DNA of 64,000 bases. Source: Candidatus Thiodiazotropha sp. (ex Epidulcina cf. delphinae). Lineage in GTDB: Bacteria > Pseudomonadota > Gammaproteobacteria > Chromatiales > Chromatiaceae. Numbering within the stretch: position 1 is the first letter of the stretch; the number at the start of each line of letters is the position of its first letter. The notes below the pieces were generated by a model that was given only the letters and a program-made list of their open reading frames with translations, did no database searches and was not told where the DNA came from. The position numbers and the translations under genes are program-made. The stretch covers positions 14,377-78,376 of the forward strand of contig JAHXHS010000004.1 of NCBI GenBank assembly GCA_025656455.1, given 5' to 3'. Positions 46,523 to 55,786 of this stretch are shown here, piece by piece.

Positions 46523-47764
46523 ATGACTGCAAGAAGGGTTGTCGTTACTGGGTTAGGCATGGTAGCGCCTGTCGGTCTGGATATTCCTACTGCATGGGAT
46601 AATATTCTCGCCGGAAAAAGCGGAATCCAACCCATCACCCATTTCGATGTCGAATCATTCTCTACCCAGTTCGGTGGTCCGATCTATGGCTTTGAAGTTA
46701 CCGACTACATCCCGAAGAAAGAAGCCAAGAAGATGGATAAGTTCATCCATTACGGCGTGGCGGCGGGAATTCAGGCGATCAGGGACGCAGCACTGGAGGT
46801 TACCGAAGAGAATGCCGAACGCATCGGCGTCCTGATCGGCTCGGGCATCGGCGGCATCACAGGCATCGAAAACAGCTATCAGTCCTACCTGGATGGCGGT
46901 CCGCGTAAGATCTCGCCCTTTTTCGTACCCTCCAGCATTATCAACATGGTGTCTGGCAATCTCTCCATCATGTATGGCTTGAAGGGGCCCAACTACTCCA
47001 TTGTTTCAGCCTGTAGCAGCGGCGCTCACAGTATTGCCGAAGCGGCGATGATGATACGTCACGGCCGTACTGACGTGATGATTGCCGGTGGCGCGGAGAT
47101 GGCGACATCGCCGGTCGGTCTGGGCGGTTTCGCCGCTGCCCGGGCGCTTTCCCGGCGCAATGATGACCCACAAGCGGCCAGCCGCCCCTGGGACAGGGAT
47201 CGAGACGGTTTCGTCCTCAGCGACGGCGCCGGTGTGGTGGTGCTGGAAGCGTATGAACAGGCCAAGGCGCGTGGCGCTAAGATCTATGCCGAGTTGATCG
47301 GCATGGGCATGAATTCCGATGCCTATCATATGACGGCGCCGTCCGTTGACGGATCCGGCGCCGCGAAGTGCATGGAACTGGCCCTCGAGGATGCCGGCAT
47401 CAATCTGCACGAGGTCGACTACATCAATGCCCACGGCACCTCCACGCCAGCGGGTGATGTGGCGGAGACCATGGCGGTGAAGCGGGCCTTTGGCGATCAC
47501 GCCCATAAACTCTGCGTCAGTTCCACCAAGTCGATGACCGGACATATGCTGGGCGCCGCCGGTGGCGCTGAAGCGGTTTTCACCATCCTGGCGCTGCACA
47601 ATCAGGTGGTTCCGCCGACCATCAATCTGGAAAATCAGGATCCGCAATGCGATCTGGACTATGTGCCCAATACGGCGCGGGAGATGAAGCTGGATGTGGC
47701 GATCTCCAACTCGTTCGGATTCGGCGGCACCAACGGCACCCTGGCGTTTCGCCGGTTCACCTGA
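46523..47764 (+). CDS. fabF: 3-oxoacyl-ACP synthase II
   Basis: [10 protein letters not shown]...SACSSG...INAHGTSTP...SFGFGGTNG. Confidence 0.95.
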   Translation: MTARRVVVTGLGMVAPVGLDIPTAWDNILAGKSGIQPITHFDVESFSTQFGGPIYGFEVTDYIPKKEAKKMDKFIHYGVAAGIQAIRDAALEVTEENAERIGVLIGSGIGGITGIENSYQSYLDGGPRKISPFFVPSSIINMVSGNLSIMYGLKGPNYSIVSACSSGAHSIAEAAMMIRHGRTDVMIAGGAEMATSPVGLGGFAAARALSRRNDDPQAASRPWDRDRDGFVLSDGAGVVVLEAYEQAKARGAKIYAELIGMGMNSDAYHMTAPSVDGSGAAKCMELALEDAGINLHEVDYINAHGTSTPAGDVAETMAVKRAFGDHAHKLCVSSTKSMTGHMLGAAGGAEAVFTILALHNQVVPPTINLENQDPQCDLDYVPNTAREMKLDVAISNSFGFGGTNGTLAFRRFT

Positions 47765-47871
47765 GACGGGTATCCGGCCGTCACGGATGCCGGTTTGCTC
47801 GTTCAAGGTTTGATCCATTCAGACAGCCGTTCAATCACCAACCGGGAAAAAACTGAAAGGGTGGATTCACG

Positions 47872-48693
47872 TTGCTGATAGACGGCATACCCGGCGATCA
47901 GGTTCCGCTCTCGGACCGTGGCTTGCAGTATGGGGACGGACTCTTCGAAACCCTTGCCGTGACGGATGGGCGACCCGGCCTTTGGCAACGTCACATGGCG
48001 CGTCTGCAAGCCGGGGAGCAGGTGCTGGGTTTTCCCGTCTCGGATAAGCAACGCCTCTGGGAAGAGGCGCGCGCACTCTGCGCGGCATGCGAACGTGGTG
48101 TGCTGAAGATTATACTTACCCGAGGCAGCGGTGGCCGGGGTTATCAACCGCCGGCGGTAGCCAGCCCGCGGCGTATCCTCAGTCTCCATCCCTGGCCCGA
48201 TTATCCTGGGATGTGGTACAAACAGGGTATCCGGTTGCGTATCTGCGAGACTCGGGTCAGTGACAATAGACGGTTGGCCGGGCTGAAACATCTCAATCGA
48301 CTGGAACAGGTTCTGGCGCGCAATGAGTGGCGGGATCAATCGATTGCCGAAGGCCTGATGCTGGACGAGCGTGGCAAGGTCATCTCCGGCACGCAATCGA
48401 ATCTGTTCATCGTTCAGGGTGATGTCTTGTTGACCCCGGATCTGAGTCGGGCGGGTGTTGCCGGTGTGGTGCGTGAGCTGGTTCTGGAGCGAGCCCGACA
48501 GCTCGGTATAGTCACCCAAATAACGGAACTGGCCCCGGCTGATTTGAAGCTCGCCGATGCGCTGTTTATAACCAACTCAGTCATGGGACTCTGCCCGGTG
48601 GCCGAATTGGACGACCGGCACTATGCCGTTGAGGGGATTCCCGCGGTACTGCGACAGTCGGTTCAGGACGCCCTAGTGTGGTGTAACGTATAA
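47872..48693 (+). CDS. pabC: aminodeoxychorismate lyase (class IV aminotransferase fold)
   Basis: DRGLQYGDGLFET...LKIILTRG...EGLMLDERGKVISGTQSNLF..., plus synteny fabF-pabC-mltG. The last 7 codons and the stop lie inside a family-B MITE. Confidence 0.85.
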   Translation: MLIDGIPGDQVPLSDRGLQYGDGLFETLAVTDGRPGLWQRHMARLQAGEQVLGFPVSDKQRLWEEARALCAACERGVLKIILTRGSGGRGYQPPAVASPRRILSLHPWPDYPGMWYKQGIRLRICETRVSDNRRLAGLKHLNRLEQVLARNEWRDQSIAEGLMLDERGKVISGTQSNLFIVQGDVLLTPDLSRAGVAGVVRELVLERARQLGIVTQITELAPADLKLADALFITNSVMGLCPVAELDDRHYAVEGIPAVLRQSVQDALVWCNV

Positions 48694-48942
48694 ACTGCAC
48701 CAATCAGAGGCCCGTCAATGCCCCAATCCTGCGTTGCAGCGCTTGACAAGGGCGCTGCCATTGCCTGCGCGCTACGCCTGGTCTTGAGGCATTGACGGGC
48801 CTCCCTTCGGGCGAGATGCTAAGCCGTCATCTGCGTTGTTGCGTTGCTTGGAAAGGGCGCGCCATTCCCGGCGCAACGCGCCTAGCAGCTAACGGCTTAG
48901 CGTCTCGCTGATGGGTACAGTTTATACGTTACACCACACTAG
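48673..48942 (-). mobile_element. MITE-like structured repeat, family B, copy 1 (270 bp)
   Basis: Termini are CTAGTGTGGTGTAACGTATAAACTG...CAGTTTATACGTTACACCACACTAG. Two internal long hairpins are joined by CCCTTCGGGCG, the reverse complement of the hinge in copies 2 and 3. Confidence 0.8.
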
Positions 48943-48995
48943 CCATTGCGGGCTAACCCGCATCCAATGGCGTTGTTTTTCGCTAGAATGGAACC

Positions 48996-49994
48996 ATGTT
49001 GAATAGACTGCTCGGAATCCTGATCTTTGTCCTGAGCATCCTCCTGGCCTGGGGGTGGATGGAGTATGAGGGTTTCATCACCAGACCTATGACCTTGCCG
49101 CAAGGGGGGATCAATTATGTCCTCGAGCCAGGCGCCACCATCAGGGGACTGGCGGACGATCTGCGGCAACGGGAGATCCTCGACAAGCCGCTGTTACTGA
49201 GATTCATCGCACGCTGGAGCGGGCAGGCCGGTGAACTGAAAGCCGGCGAGTACCATCTTCCTCAGGGCACCACACCACGGGTATTGCTGGATATCCTGAC
49301 CTCATCCCGGGTAGTGCAGCACGTCTTGACCATTATCGAAGGCTGGACGTTCAAACAGATGATGGCTGCCGTGCGGCGCCATCCCGCATTGCAGCAGACG
49401 CTGCAGGAGATGAGGGATGAGCAGATCATGCAACGCCTGGCGCTGGACGATCTGCACCCAGAGGGCCGTTTCTATCCCGATACCTACCATTTTCCCCTGG
49501 GCACCACCGATGCCGAGTTTCTCAAGCGCGCCTATCAACGCATGGAAAAGACCCTGGAGCAGGCCTGGCGGGGCCGGGATAAGGGATTACCCTTGAAGAC
49601 ACCCTATGAGGCGCTTATTTTGGCCTCCATCATCGAGCGCGAGACAGGCCTGCCCGAGGAGAGGGGGAAGATTGCCGGGGTGTTTGTCCGGCGGCTCAGG
49701 CGCGGCATGCGCCTGCAGACCGATCCCAGCGTCATTTACGGCATGGGGGAGGCATACGACGGCAATATCCGCAAGCGCGATCTGTTGCGGGACACCCCTT
49801 ACAACACCTATATCCATAAAGGACTGACTCCGACCCCCATTGCCTTGCCGAGTGGGGCGGCGATCCATGCCGCCCTCCATCCCGAGGATGGCAATCAGCT
49901 CTATTTCGTCGCCACCGGCGATGGTGGCCACCACTTCTCCACTACCTTGGAAGAGCACAATAAGGCGGTACGCAAGTATCAGTTGAAGCGATGA
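48996..49994 (+). CDS. mltG: endolytic murein transglycosylase MltG (YceG)
   Basis: N-terminal TM helix and the YceG-like core (...LASIIERETG...DPSVIYG...YNTY...GLTPTPIALPS). Confidence 0.92.
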   Translation: MLNRLLGILIFVLSILLAWGWMEYEGFITRPMTLPQGGINYVLEPGATIRGLADDLRQREILDKPLLLRFIARWSGQAGELKAGEYHLPQGTTPRVLLDILTSSRVVQHVLTIIEGWTFKQMMAAVRRHPALQQTLQEMRDEQIMQRLALDDLHPEGRFYPDTYHFPLGTTDAEFLKRAYQRMEKTLEQAWRGRDKGLPLKTPYEALILASIIERETGLPEERGKIAGVFVRRLRRGMRLQTDPSVIYGMGEAYDGNIRKRDLLRDTPYNTYIHKGLTPTPIALPSGAAIHAALHPEDGNQLYFVATGDGGHHFSTTLEEHNKAVRKYQLKR

Positions 49995-50644
49995 TGAACA
50001 GCAAAACCACCGAACAAGGCCATTTCATCACCGTCGAAGGGGGTGAGGGTGCTGGAAAGAGCTGTAACCTGGCATTTATTCAGACCCTCCTGGAGGCGGC
50101 GGGTAAGCGCGTGCTGTTCACCCGTGAACCCGGTGGCACGCCGCTCGGCGAGGCGATCCGTGAACTCCTGTTGGGCCACAAGCACACCGGCATGGCGGAT
50201 GATACGGAACTGCTGTTGATGTTTGCCGCCCGTGCCGAACATCTGCAGCGCAAGATCCTGCCTGCCCTGGAGCAGGGCGCCTGGGTTCTTTGCGACCGAT
50301 TTACCGATGCCAGCTTTGCCTACCAGGGGGCTGGGCGGGGAATAGCCGATGATCGTATTGCCCTCCTGGAACGGTTTGTACAGGGTGAACTGCGACCTGA
50401 CCTGACCCTGCTGCTTGATCTGCCGGTGGAGATCGGCATGGAGCGTGCCGGGAATCGCTCACAGCCCGACCGCTTCGAGCGTGAGGAGGTGAGCTTCTTC
50501 GAGAAGGTGAGAGAGGGGTATCTGCGGATAGCCGCTAGGGAACCGGAGAGAGTCAGGGTAATCGATGCCTCTCCCGCCCTGGAGGTTGTGCAGCAACAGA
50601 TCGCAGATGTCATACAGGCTTATCTGGAGAGCCACGATGGATGA
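49991..50644 (+). CDS. tmk: thymidylate kinase
   Basis: FITVEGGEGAGKS P-loop, ...TREPGGTPLGE...DRF... Confidence 0.95.
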   Translation: MMNSKTTEQGHFITVEGGEGAGKSCNLAFIQTLLEAAGKRVLFTREPGGTPLGEAIRELLLGHKHTGMADDTELLLMFAARAEHLQRKILPALEQGAWVLCDRFTDASFAYQGAGRGIADDRIALLERFVQGELRPDLTLLLDLPVEIGMERAGNRSQPDRFEREEVSFFEKVREGYLRIAAREPERVRVIDASPALEVVQQQIADVIQAYLESHDG

Positions 50645-51641
50645 ACAGCGCTATCAACATTTTCCTTGGCAGAATGAACAGTGGCGCTATTTGCAGCAGG
50701 CCATGGCGCAAGGGCGACTGCCCCACGCCTTGCTCCTCACCGGTCCCCTGGGCCTGGGAAAGGAGCGCTTCGCCCTCAGCCTGGCCCAATCCTGCCTGTG
50801 CCAGAATCGGGACGTATCGGGTCGTCCTTGCGGTGTCTGCCGTCATTGTCAGCTGATGTACAGCGGCAATCATCCCGATCTGCAATGGGTGAGGCCGGAA
50901 GAAGGGAGCAAGAGCGGGGAGATCAAGATCGAGGCCATCCGCGCGCTGACCGCCGGGGCCTCCCTGACCTCCCATACTGGCGGCCACAAGGTGATCGCCA
51001 TCCAGCCCGCGCACCGTATGAATCATGCGGCGGCCAATAGCCTGCTCAAGACCCTGGAGGAGCCGACCCCAGGGACAGTGATGCTGCTGCTGACCGATCA
51101 ACCCGCCAGGTTGCTCCCCACCATCAGGAGTCGCTGTCAGCAAGTGTTGTTCCAGCCTCCCGACAAACAGCAGGCCCTGGCCTGGCTGAGTGACAGGGTC
51201 ACTCATGCCGACCCGGGGGCGCTGCTTGCGCTCGCCAATGGCGCCCCGCTGAAGGCCGTTACCCTGGATGATGCGGCGTTGCTGGCATCCCGTGGCGAGA
51301 TGCTGAGCGATTTTCTGGCCCTTGGAGAGGATCGCCGGGATCCGGTGAGACTGGCCGGGCAATGGACCCCGTTCGACAGATCCCTGCTGCTGGAGTGGCT
51401 GGCGGGTTGGGTGATCGACCTGCTGCGCCTGAAATCCGGCGCCCCTTCCCCGCAACTCTTCAATCGGGATCATGTTCAAGCTTTGCAGATGATGGCCGAC
51501 AAGTTAAACTCAAGGGCGTTGCAACGGTATCTAACCCGCATCTATCAAGCGAGGCGTTTGGTGGACAGCAATCTGAACCCGCAACTGACCCTTGAAAAAC
51601 TACTCATTGAATGGCGCGCCTGCTCCCGGCAGGCGGCATAG
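50637..51641 (+). CDS. holB: DNA polymerase III delta' subunit
   Basis: LPHALLLTGPLGLGK, zinc module CGVCRHC, NSLLKTLEEP and SRCQ. ATG 50637 overlaps the end of tmk. The ORF opens at 50565. Confidence 0.92.
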   Translation: MDEQRYQHFPWQNEQWRYLQQAMAQGRLPHALLLTGPLGLGKERFALSLAQSCLCQNRDVSGRPCGVCRHCQLMYSGNHPDLQWVRPEEGSKSGEIKIEAIRALTAGASLTSHTGGHKVIAIQPAHRMNHAAANSLLKTLEEPTPGTVMLLLTDQPARLLPTIRSRCQQVLFQPPDKQQALAWLSDRVTHADPGALLALANGAPLKAVTLDDAALLASRGEMLSDFLALGEDRRDPVRLAGQWTPFDRSLLLEWLAGWVIDLLRLKSGAPSPQLFNRDHVQALQMMADKLNSRALQRYLTRIYQARRLVDSNLNPQLTLEKLLIEWRACSRQAA

Positions 51642-51662
51642 CAGGGAATCTATAGGTACTCT

Positions 51663-52010
51663 ATGGCTGGTGGACCCAAACAAGGCATTCTTTCTCTTAC
51701 CATCAAGGACAAAAACGCCTTGTACGCGGCCTACATGCAGTTTGTTCAGTTCGGCGGACTCTTCATACCCACCACTAAACAGTATCGTCTTGGAGACGAA
51801 GTCTTCATGCTGTTGACGCTGATGGACGAAGCCGAACGCCTGCCCGTGGCCGGCAAGATCATCTGGATCACCCCAGTGGGAGCAGAGGGCAACAGGGCCG
51901 CGGGGATAGGCGTTCAGTTCAGCGATCAGGACGGCGGCGCAGCGCGCAATAAGATCGAGACCTATCTCGCTGGCGCATTGAAATCCGATCGCCCGACCCA
52001 TACCCTCTAA
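51663..52010 (+). CDS. pilZ: PilZ domain protein (type IV pilus PilZ-like)
   Basis: 115 aa. ILSLTIKDKNALYAAYMQFVQFGGLFIPT...VAGKIIWITP...AGIGVQF. The holB-pilZ-tatD order matches Pseudomonas. Confidence 0.85.
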   Translation: MAGGPKQGILSLTIKDKNALYAAYMQFVQFGGLFIPTTKQYRLGDEVFMLLTLMDEAERLPVAGKIIWITPVGAEGNRAAGIGVQFSDQDGGAARNKIETYLAGALKSDRPTHTL

Positions 52011-52033
52011 CACTATCCAGTTCCTTAATTCGG

Positions 52034-52132
52034 TTCTTCCCCTGATCAAGTGGGCAATAGAAAGCGCATGAATAGGCCGCCAATGGACGCCAATCACCGC
52101 AAAGAATCGCAAATTTCTCCACGCTTCGGATG
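52034..52132 (+). repeat. intergenic repeat, family D, copy 2
   Basis: Closely similar to 17186-17282. Confidence 0.7.
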
Positions 52133-52227
52133 GATAGCAAAATGCGACTCTTCAGCAAAACTTGTGGGTATTTCAAGACTATAATTGACTCTCACAAAGC
52201 CGCCAAGCCTGCAAAGGATCCTAAGAC

Positions 52228-52438
52228 AATGTCTTCTTGACGTACTTAGCGAGTTCGGCGAGAGACATTTTGCATCCCAGGCCGGTTGCGGAAAACAAGG
52301 ATTCAAGGCGTAGGGTGCGGCCCTGCCGCACCGTGTCAAAACAGGATGGTAGAGTGCAGGCGCGGAAAAGTGAGATGTGGCCCTAACAAAGCCCCCTTTG
52401 GGCTTTCATCATACTATCCGCTCCGCGGGTAGTATCTG
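52228..52438 (-). repeat. composite intergenic repeat, inverted partner of 55354-55518
   Basis: The reverse complement of 52228-52438 aligns with 55354-55518 (ACTACCCGC.GAGCGG.TAGTATGATGAAAGCC...CAAGAAGACATT). This copy carries about 45 extra bp. Confidence 0.65.
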
Positions 52439-52472
52439 ATTCCGATGTAGCGGAAAACGACAGGTTATTACC

Positions 52473-53261
52473 ATGCTAGTGGATTCCCATTGCCATCTCG
52501 ATCGCGTCGGCCTGGAACCCTATGAAGATGACTTCGGATGCTTCATCGCCGCCACCCTGGATAGCGGAGTCGGCCACATGCTGTGCGTTTCCATCGATCT
52601 GGAATCCTGGCCGGTGATGGCTGCCCTGGTGGCGGACTATCCTCAGATCTCGGTATCGGTCGGCGTACACCCCAACGACAAACAACGGCGTGAACCGACG
52701 CCTGAAGAGCTGGTAGCGCTATCACAGACACCCAAGGTGGTGGCGATCGGCGAAACCGGTTTGGACTATTTCCACGGCAAGGGCGATCTGGATTGGCAAC
52801 GTGACCGTTTTCGCCGTCATATCCGTGCGGCCAAGGCCGCCGAAAAACCACTGATCATCCATAGCAGGGACGCAAAATCGGATACCTTGCGTATCATGCG
52901 GGAAGAGGGGGCTGGTGCGGTAGGCGGTGTGATGCACTGCTTCACCGAGGATTGGCCGATGGCGCAACAGGCCCTGGCGATGGGTTTTTATGTTTCGTTC
53001 TCCGGCATCATCACCTTCAACAGTGCAGCACAACTGAGGGAGGTGGTGAAACAGGTGCCGATGCAACGCTTGTTGATCGAAACCGATTCACCCTACCTGG
53101 CCCCTATGCCCTATCGGGGTAAACCCAACCAGCCCCTGTATGTACGCCAAGTGGCGGAGTGCGTGGCGGCGTTGAAGGGGCTTACCCCTGAAGCGGTCGC
53201 CGAGCAGACGACCGCGAATTTTTATCGCTGTTTTGCCGATGCCGGCACGCCGATCCAATGA
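52473..53261 (+). CDS. TatD-family metal-dependent hydrolase/DNase (YcfH)
   Basis: MLVDSHCHLD...GETGLDY...IHSRDA...MHCF...ETDSPYLAP. Confidence 0.92.
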   Translation: MLVDSHCHLDRVGLEPYEDDFGCFIAATLDSGVGHMLCVSIDLESWPVMAALVADYPQISVSVGVHPNDKQRREPTPEELVALSQTPKVVAIGETGLDYFHGKGDLDWQRDRFRRHIRAAKAAEKPLIIHSRDAKSDTLRIMREEGAGAVGGVMHCFTEDWPMAQQALAMGFYVSFSGIITFNSAAQLREVVKQVPMQRLLIETDSPYLAPMPYRGKPNQPLYVRQVAECVAALKGLTPEAVAEQTTANFYRCFADAGTPIQ

Positions 53262-53507
53262 GTCTGTGCTATAGCTATAGATAGCGTAGGAATTAATCTC
53301 TTTGTTCGGGGCTTTCCGCACCTGACGCGCATCTGAAAGACCTTCATTTCCTTGGTCGATTTCGAGTGCGTGGAGGCAATTCCAGGGATGGCGGTGCTTC
53401 ACTTATTCATCCCAATCAAAGCGGCAATGGCCCATCGCGGCCACAGGCCCGACTTGCCTGAGCAGAGGAGAGCTACCGTTCATGGGTAGTCAATCGACAA
53501 TAGGAGT

Positions 53508-55289
53508 GTGGCGATGAATGAAAGGTATCAATACAGTGCGCAGTTGGCCGGACGTGTTTGTGAAGATTGTCTCGTCCATTTTACGAATACCAAGGTGGCC
53601 TTGTACAAGGCACCCGATAAGGATTGCCCGGAACAACCGCAACTAAAGGGGGCCTTCGCTCAACTCAGCGACGAAACGTTGCAGAAAATGGAGCAACAGT
53701 TGTTGGTCAGTGGTTCAACTGATGGCGATGGTTCCGTTGAATTGTCGTTTGATGGCGAAAAGACAGGCTATGACGGTGGTTGTATCGAGGTGGTGGTCAG
53801 CTTCGTTCAAATACCCGGAGACGAACGAAAACTGGAGCAGCCCGAACATTTTCGTGTCGCTCTCTATCGCCCCCAGTGGGATGAAACAGACAAGGGCCTG
53901 GTGCATGCCGCGGAACTTGCGGTCTCAGCCAGCCGTTGGTGCGCCTACCTGAGAGAGAAAGACATCTGGGTTATCTGCGGCCGAGTCACTACCTGCGCCA
54001 AACCCGCGCAACCGATCGGTAACGTTACCGTGAGGGGCTTTGATGTCGACTGGGTCCAGGACGATCCCCTGGGCGATGCGGTTACCGATAATACCGGGTG
54101 GTTTATCTTCTTCTACGACCGCGCACGTTTCACCCGCACCCCTTTCTCCCCATTTCTGAATTTCGAATGGATCGGTGGTCCGGATGTCTACTTCCAGATC
54201 GAGGGAAAGGATGCCATCGGCAACCCTATCACGTTACTGGACGAGCCCCGTTCCCGTGGTCGCCAGCCGGACCGGGAGGATATCTCTAACTGCTTCTGCG
54301 TTCATCTCTGCGTCGAACTGCCGGTGCAGGATCCGGACGAGGTCCCTGTATGGACCCACATCGGCCAATATCAGATTCCCGATGGGTCGAGTCTGCATGA
54401 CTTCAGGAGTGAGGGCTACACCAACCACAGTCGTGGTGACCTTGCCTTCTACTCGACCATGACGATGCGGGGCCAGACCGGGAAGGCCGATGCCGCGAGA
54501 CACCTGCGCTATCGGTTTCTGTATGCCGAGTGGACCGGCATCACCCCACCCACCCCGACCAATCCGCTCACCGCGGACATGATCGCCAAGACTCAGGTGG
54601 GCAATATCATTGCCGCCCTGTCGCCATTGACCCTGGAGCCCGTGTGGGTGAACAACGCCGGCGCCATCCATAACCATGATCCTGATACGAGCGGCTGGAT
54701 CGATGTGGAAGAGCATGCCATGTTCACCCCGAGCAAGCATTTGCTGAAGTTGATCTCTACCAAGCTGACTCCCTACGAGAGCTATGGAAATCCAGCCCCG
54801 AATCCAAACGCCGGCAATGCGCCGCCAGCCTCGCCTGCGCGCCAGGAGCGCAAGTTCGCGCTGCGGTTCCAGCTCCAGGAGGACACCGGTACGGGATGGG
54901 GCACGGTACATGACCAGACCATGGAGGCGTTGGTGATCAACAATGCCAGAACCCTGTTGTGGCTGGAACTCAATGAGTTCGTATCGCCCTCCACCAACCT
55001 GTGCCGGCCCATTACCCATACGGTGACCGCAAACTACACCGCCGATCACCCTCATCTCAGTTGGTTCAAGATCGAGATCGAGAAGCAGGGTGTCGACATG
55101 GCCATCCCGCTTAACCAGGACTACGGCGGAAGCCTCAGTTTCCATGGCGGCAACGGCTCCATCGCCACTACGGTGAGTAGTTGGGATCCCTGCTCATACC
55201 TGGTCAAACTCTCCGCCGACAGGCGTCTGACCAACGGCTGGGGCGGACCGGGTGTTGAATGGGTCTACCGGACTTTCTGCAAGAGTTAA
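53508..55289 (+). CDS. hypothetical protein (593 aa), orphan
   Basis: A long ORF with normal composition and no signal peptide. The N-terminal part has beta-sandwich-like segments (VSGSTDGDGSVELSF; GNVTVRGFDVDWVQDDPLGDAVTDNTGWFIFFYD). I recognise no family. The start is GTG 53508 or ATG 53514. Confidence 0.7.
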   Translation: MAMNERYQYSAQLAGRVCEDCLVHFTNTKVALYKAPDKDCPEQPQLKGAFAQLSDETLQKMEQQLLVSGSTDGDGSVELSFDGEKTGYDGGCIEVVVSFVQIPGDERKLEQPEHFRVALYRPQWDETDKGLVHAAELAVSASRWCAYLREKDIWVICGRVTTCAKPAQPIGNVTVRGFDVDWVQDDPLGDAVTDNTGWFIFFYDRARFTRTPFSPFLNFEWIGGPDVYFQIEGKDAIGNPITLLDEPRSRGRQPDREDISNCFCVHLCVELPVQDPDEVPVWTHIGQYQIPDGSSLHDFRSEGYTNHSRGDLAFYSTMTMRGQTGKADAARHLRYRFLYAEWTGITPPTPTNPLTADMIAKTQVGNIIAALSPLTLEPVWVNNAGAIHNHDPDTSGWIDVEEHAMFTPSKHLLKLISTKLTPYESYGNPAPNPNAGNAPPASPARQERKFALRFQLQEDTGTGWGTVHDQTMEALVINNARTLLWLELNEFVSPSTNLCRPITHTVTANYTADHPHLSWFKIEIEKQGVDMAIPLNQDYGGSLSFHGGNGSIATTVSSWDPCSYLVKLSADRRLTNGWGGPGVEWVYRTFCKS

Positions 55290-55353
55290 ATCCCATCACA
55301 GCGATTCAGTTTGCTAACTCAGGTGTCATTGTCCGCGAATAAACGCAAATCAC

Positions 55354-55518
55354 ATACTACCCGCAGAGCGGGTAGTATGATGAAAGCCCCGAAAGGGGCT
55401 ATGTCAGGGCTACCTCTCACTTTATCTACGCCTGCACTCTGTCATCCTGGTTTTCCACAACCGGCCAGGTATGCAATATTTCTCTCGCAAAGACCGCAAA
55501 GCATGCCAAGAAGACATT
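55354..55518 (+). repeat. composite intergenic repeat, inverted partner of 52228-52438
   Basis: See 52228-52438. It contains the hairpin ACTACCCGCAGAGCGGGTAGT. Confidence 0.65.
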
Positions 55519-55786
55519 AGGGCCTGTTAACACTAATCGGATTGTCACTGCCAGGTGCCATTTTTTACCCAGCAAGGCAGAACGAGCGTGGTGTAGCCCG
55601 GCTACATGAGCGAGTGATAACGCCGCTGGGTGAAAAATGGCACCTGGCCCTTCGGGTTGCGCCTGAAAAAGCCCCACTCGGCGTTGCTCGTCGCTTATTT
55701 GGAGCGACCAAACCGCGCTCCTCGCGCCTTGATTGGGGCTTTTTCAGGCGCAACAGTGACAATCCGATTAGTGTTAACAGGCCCTA
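55518..55786 (-). mobile_element. MITE-like structured repeat, family A, copy 2 (269 bp)
   Basis: TIRs are TAGGGCCTGTTAACACTAATCGGATTGTCACTG and its complement. The interior is homologous to the reverse complement of 9386-9656. Confidence 0.75.

Noticed and set aside
47803-48519. Long antisense ORFs inside housekeeping genes: 47803-48519 (pabC), 47006-47818 (fabF), 50610-51479 (holB), 42696-43298 (plsX), 59657-60514 (fadB-like), 44314-44913 (fabD), 40462-41025 (oadB).
   Set aside because: Each lies opposite a gene with strong family motifs and conserved synteny. Each has the Arg/Gly/His-rich composition typical of non-coding frames in GC-rich sequence.
51600-52112. A 170-aa minus-strand ORF starting MRFFAVIGVHWRPIHAL..., which shares an N-terminal peptide with the 16660-17271 ORF (MRNLRSFAVIGVHWRPIHAL...).
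   Set aside because: The shared peptide is encoded by the dispersed family-D repeat (52034-52132 / 17186-17282). The rest of the ORF is antisense to the well-supported pilZ gene.
54234-55145. A 303-aa minus-strand ORF antisense to the 593-aa hypothetical gene.
   Set aside because: It has the Arg/Gly/Leu-rich composition typical of antisense frames in GC-rich DNA. The plus-strand ORF is twice as long, spans the whole interval and has protein-like composition.
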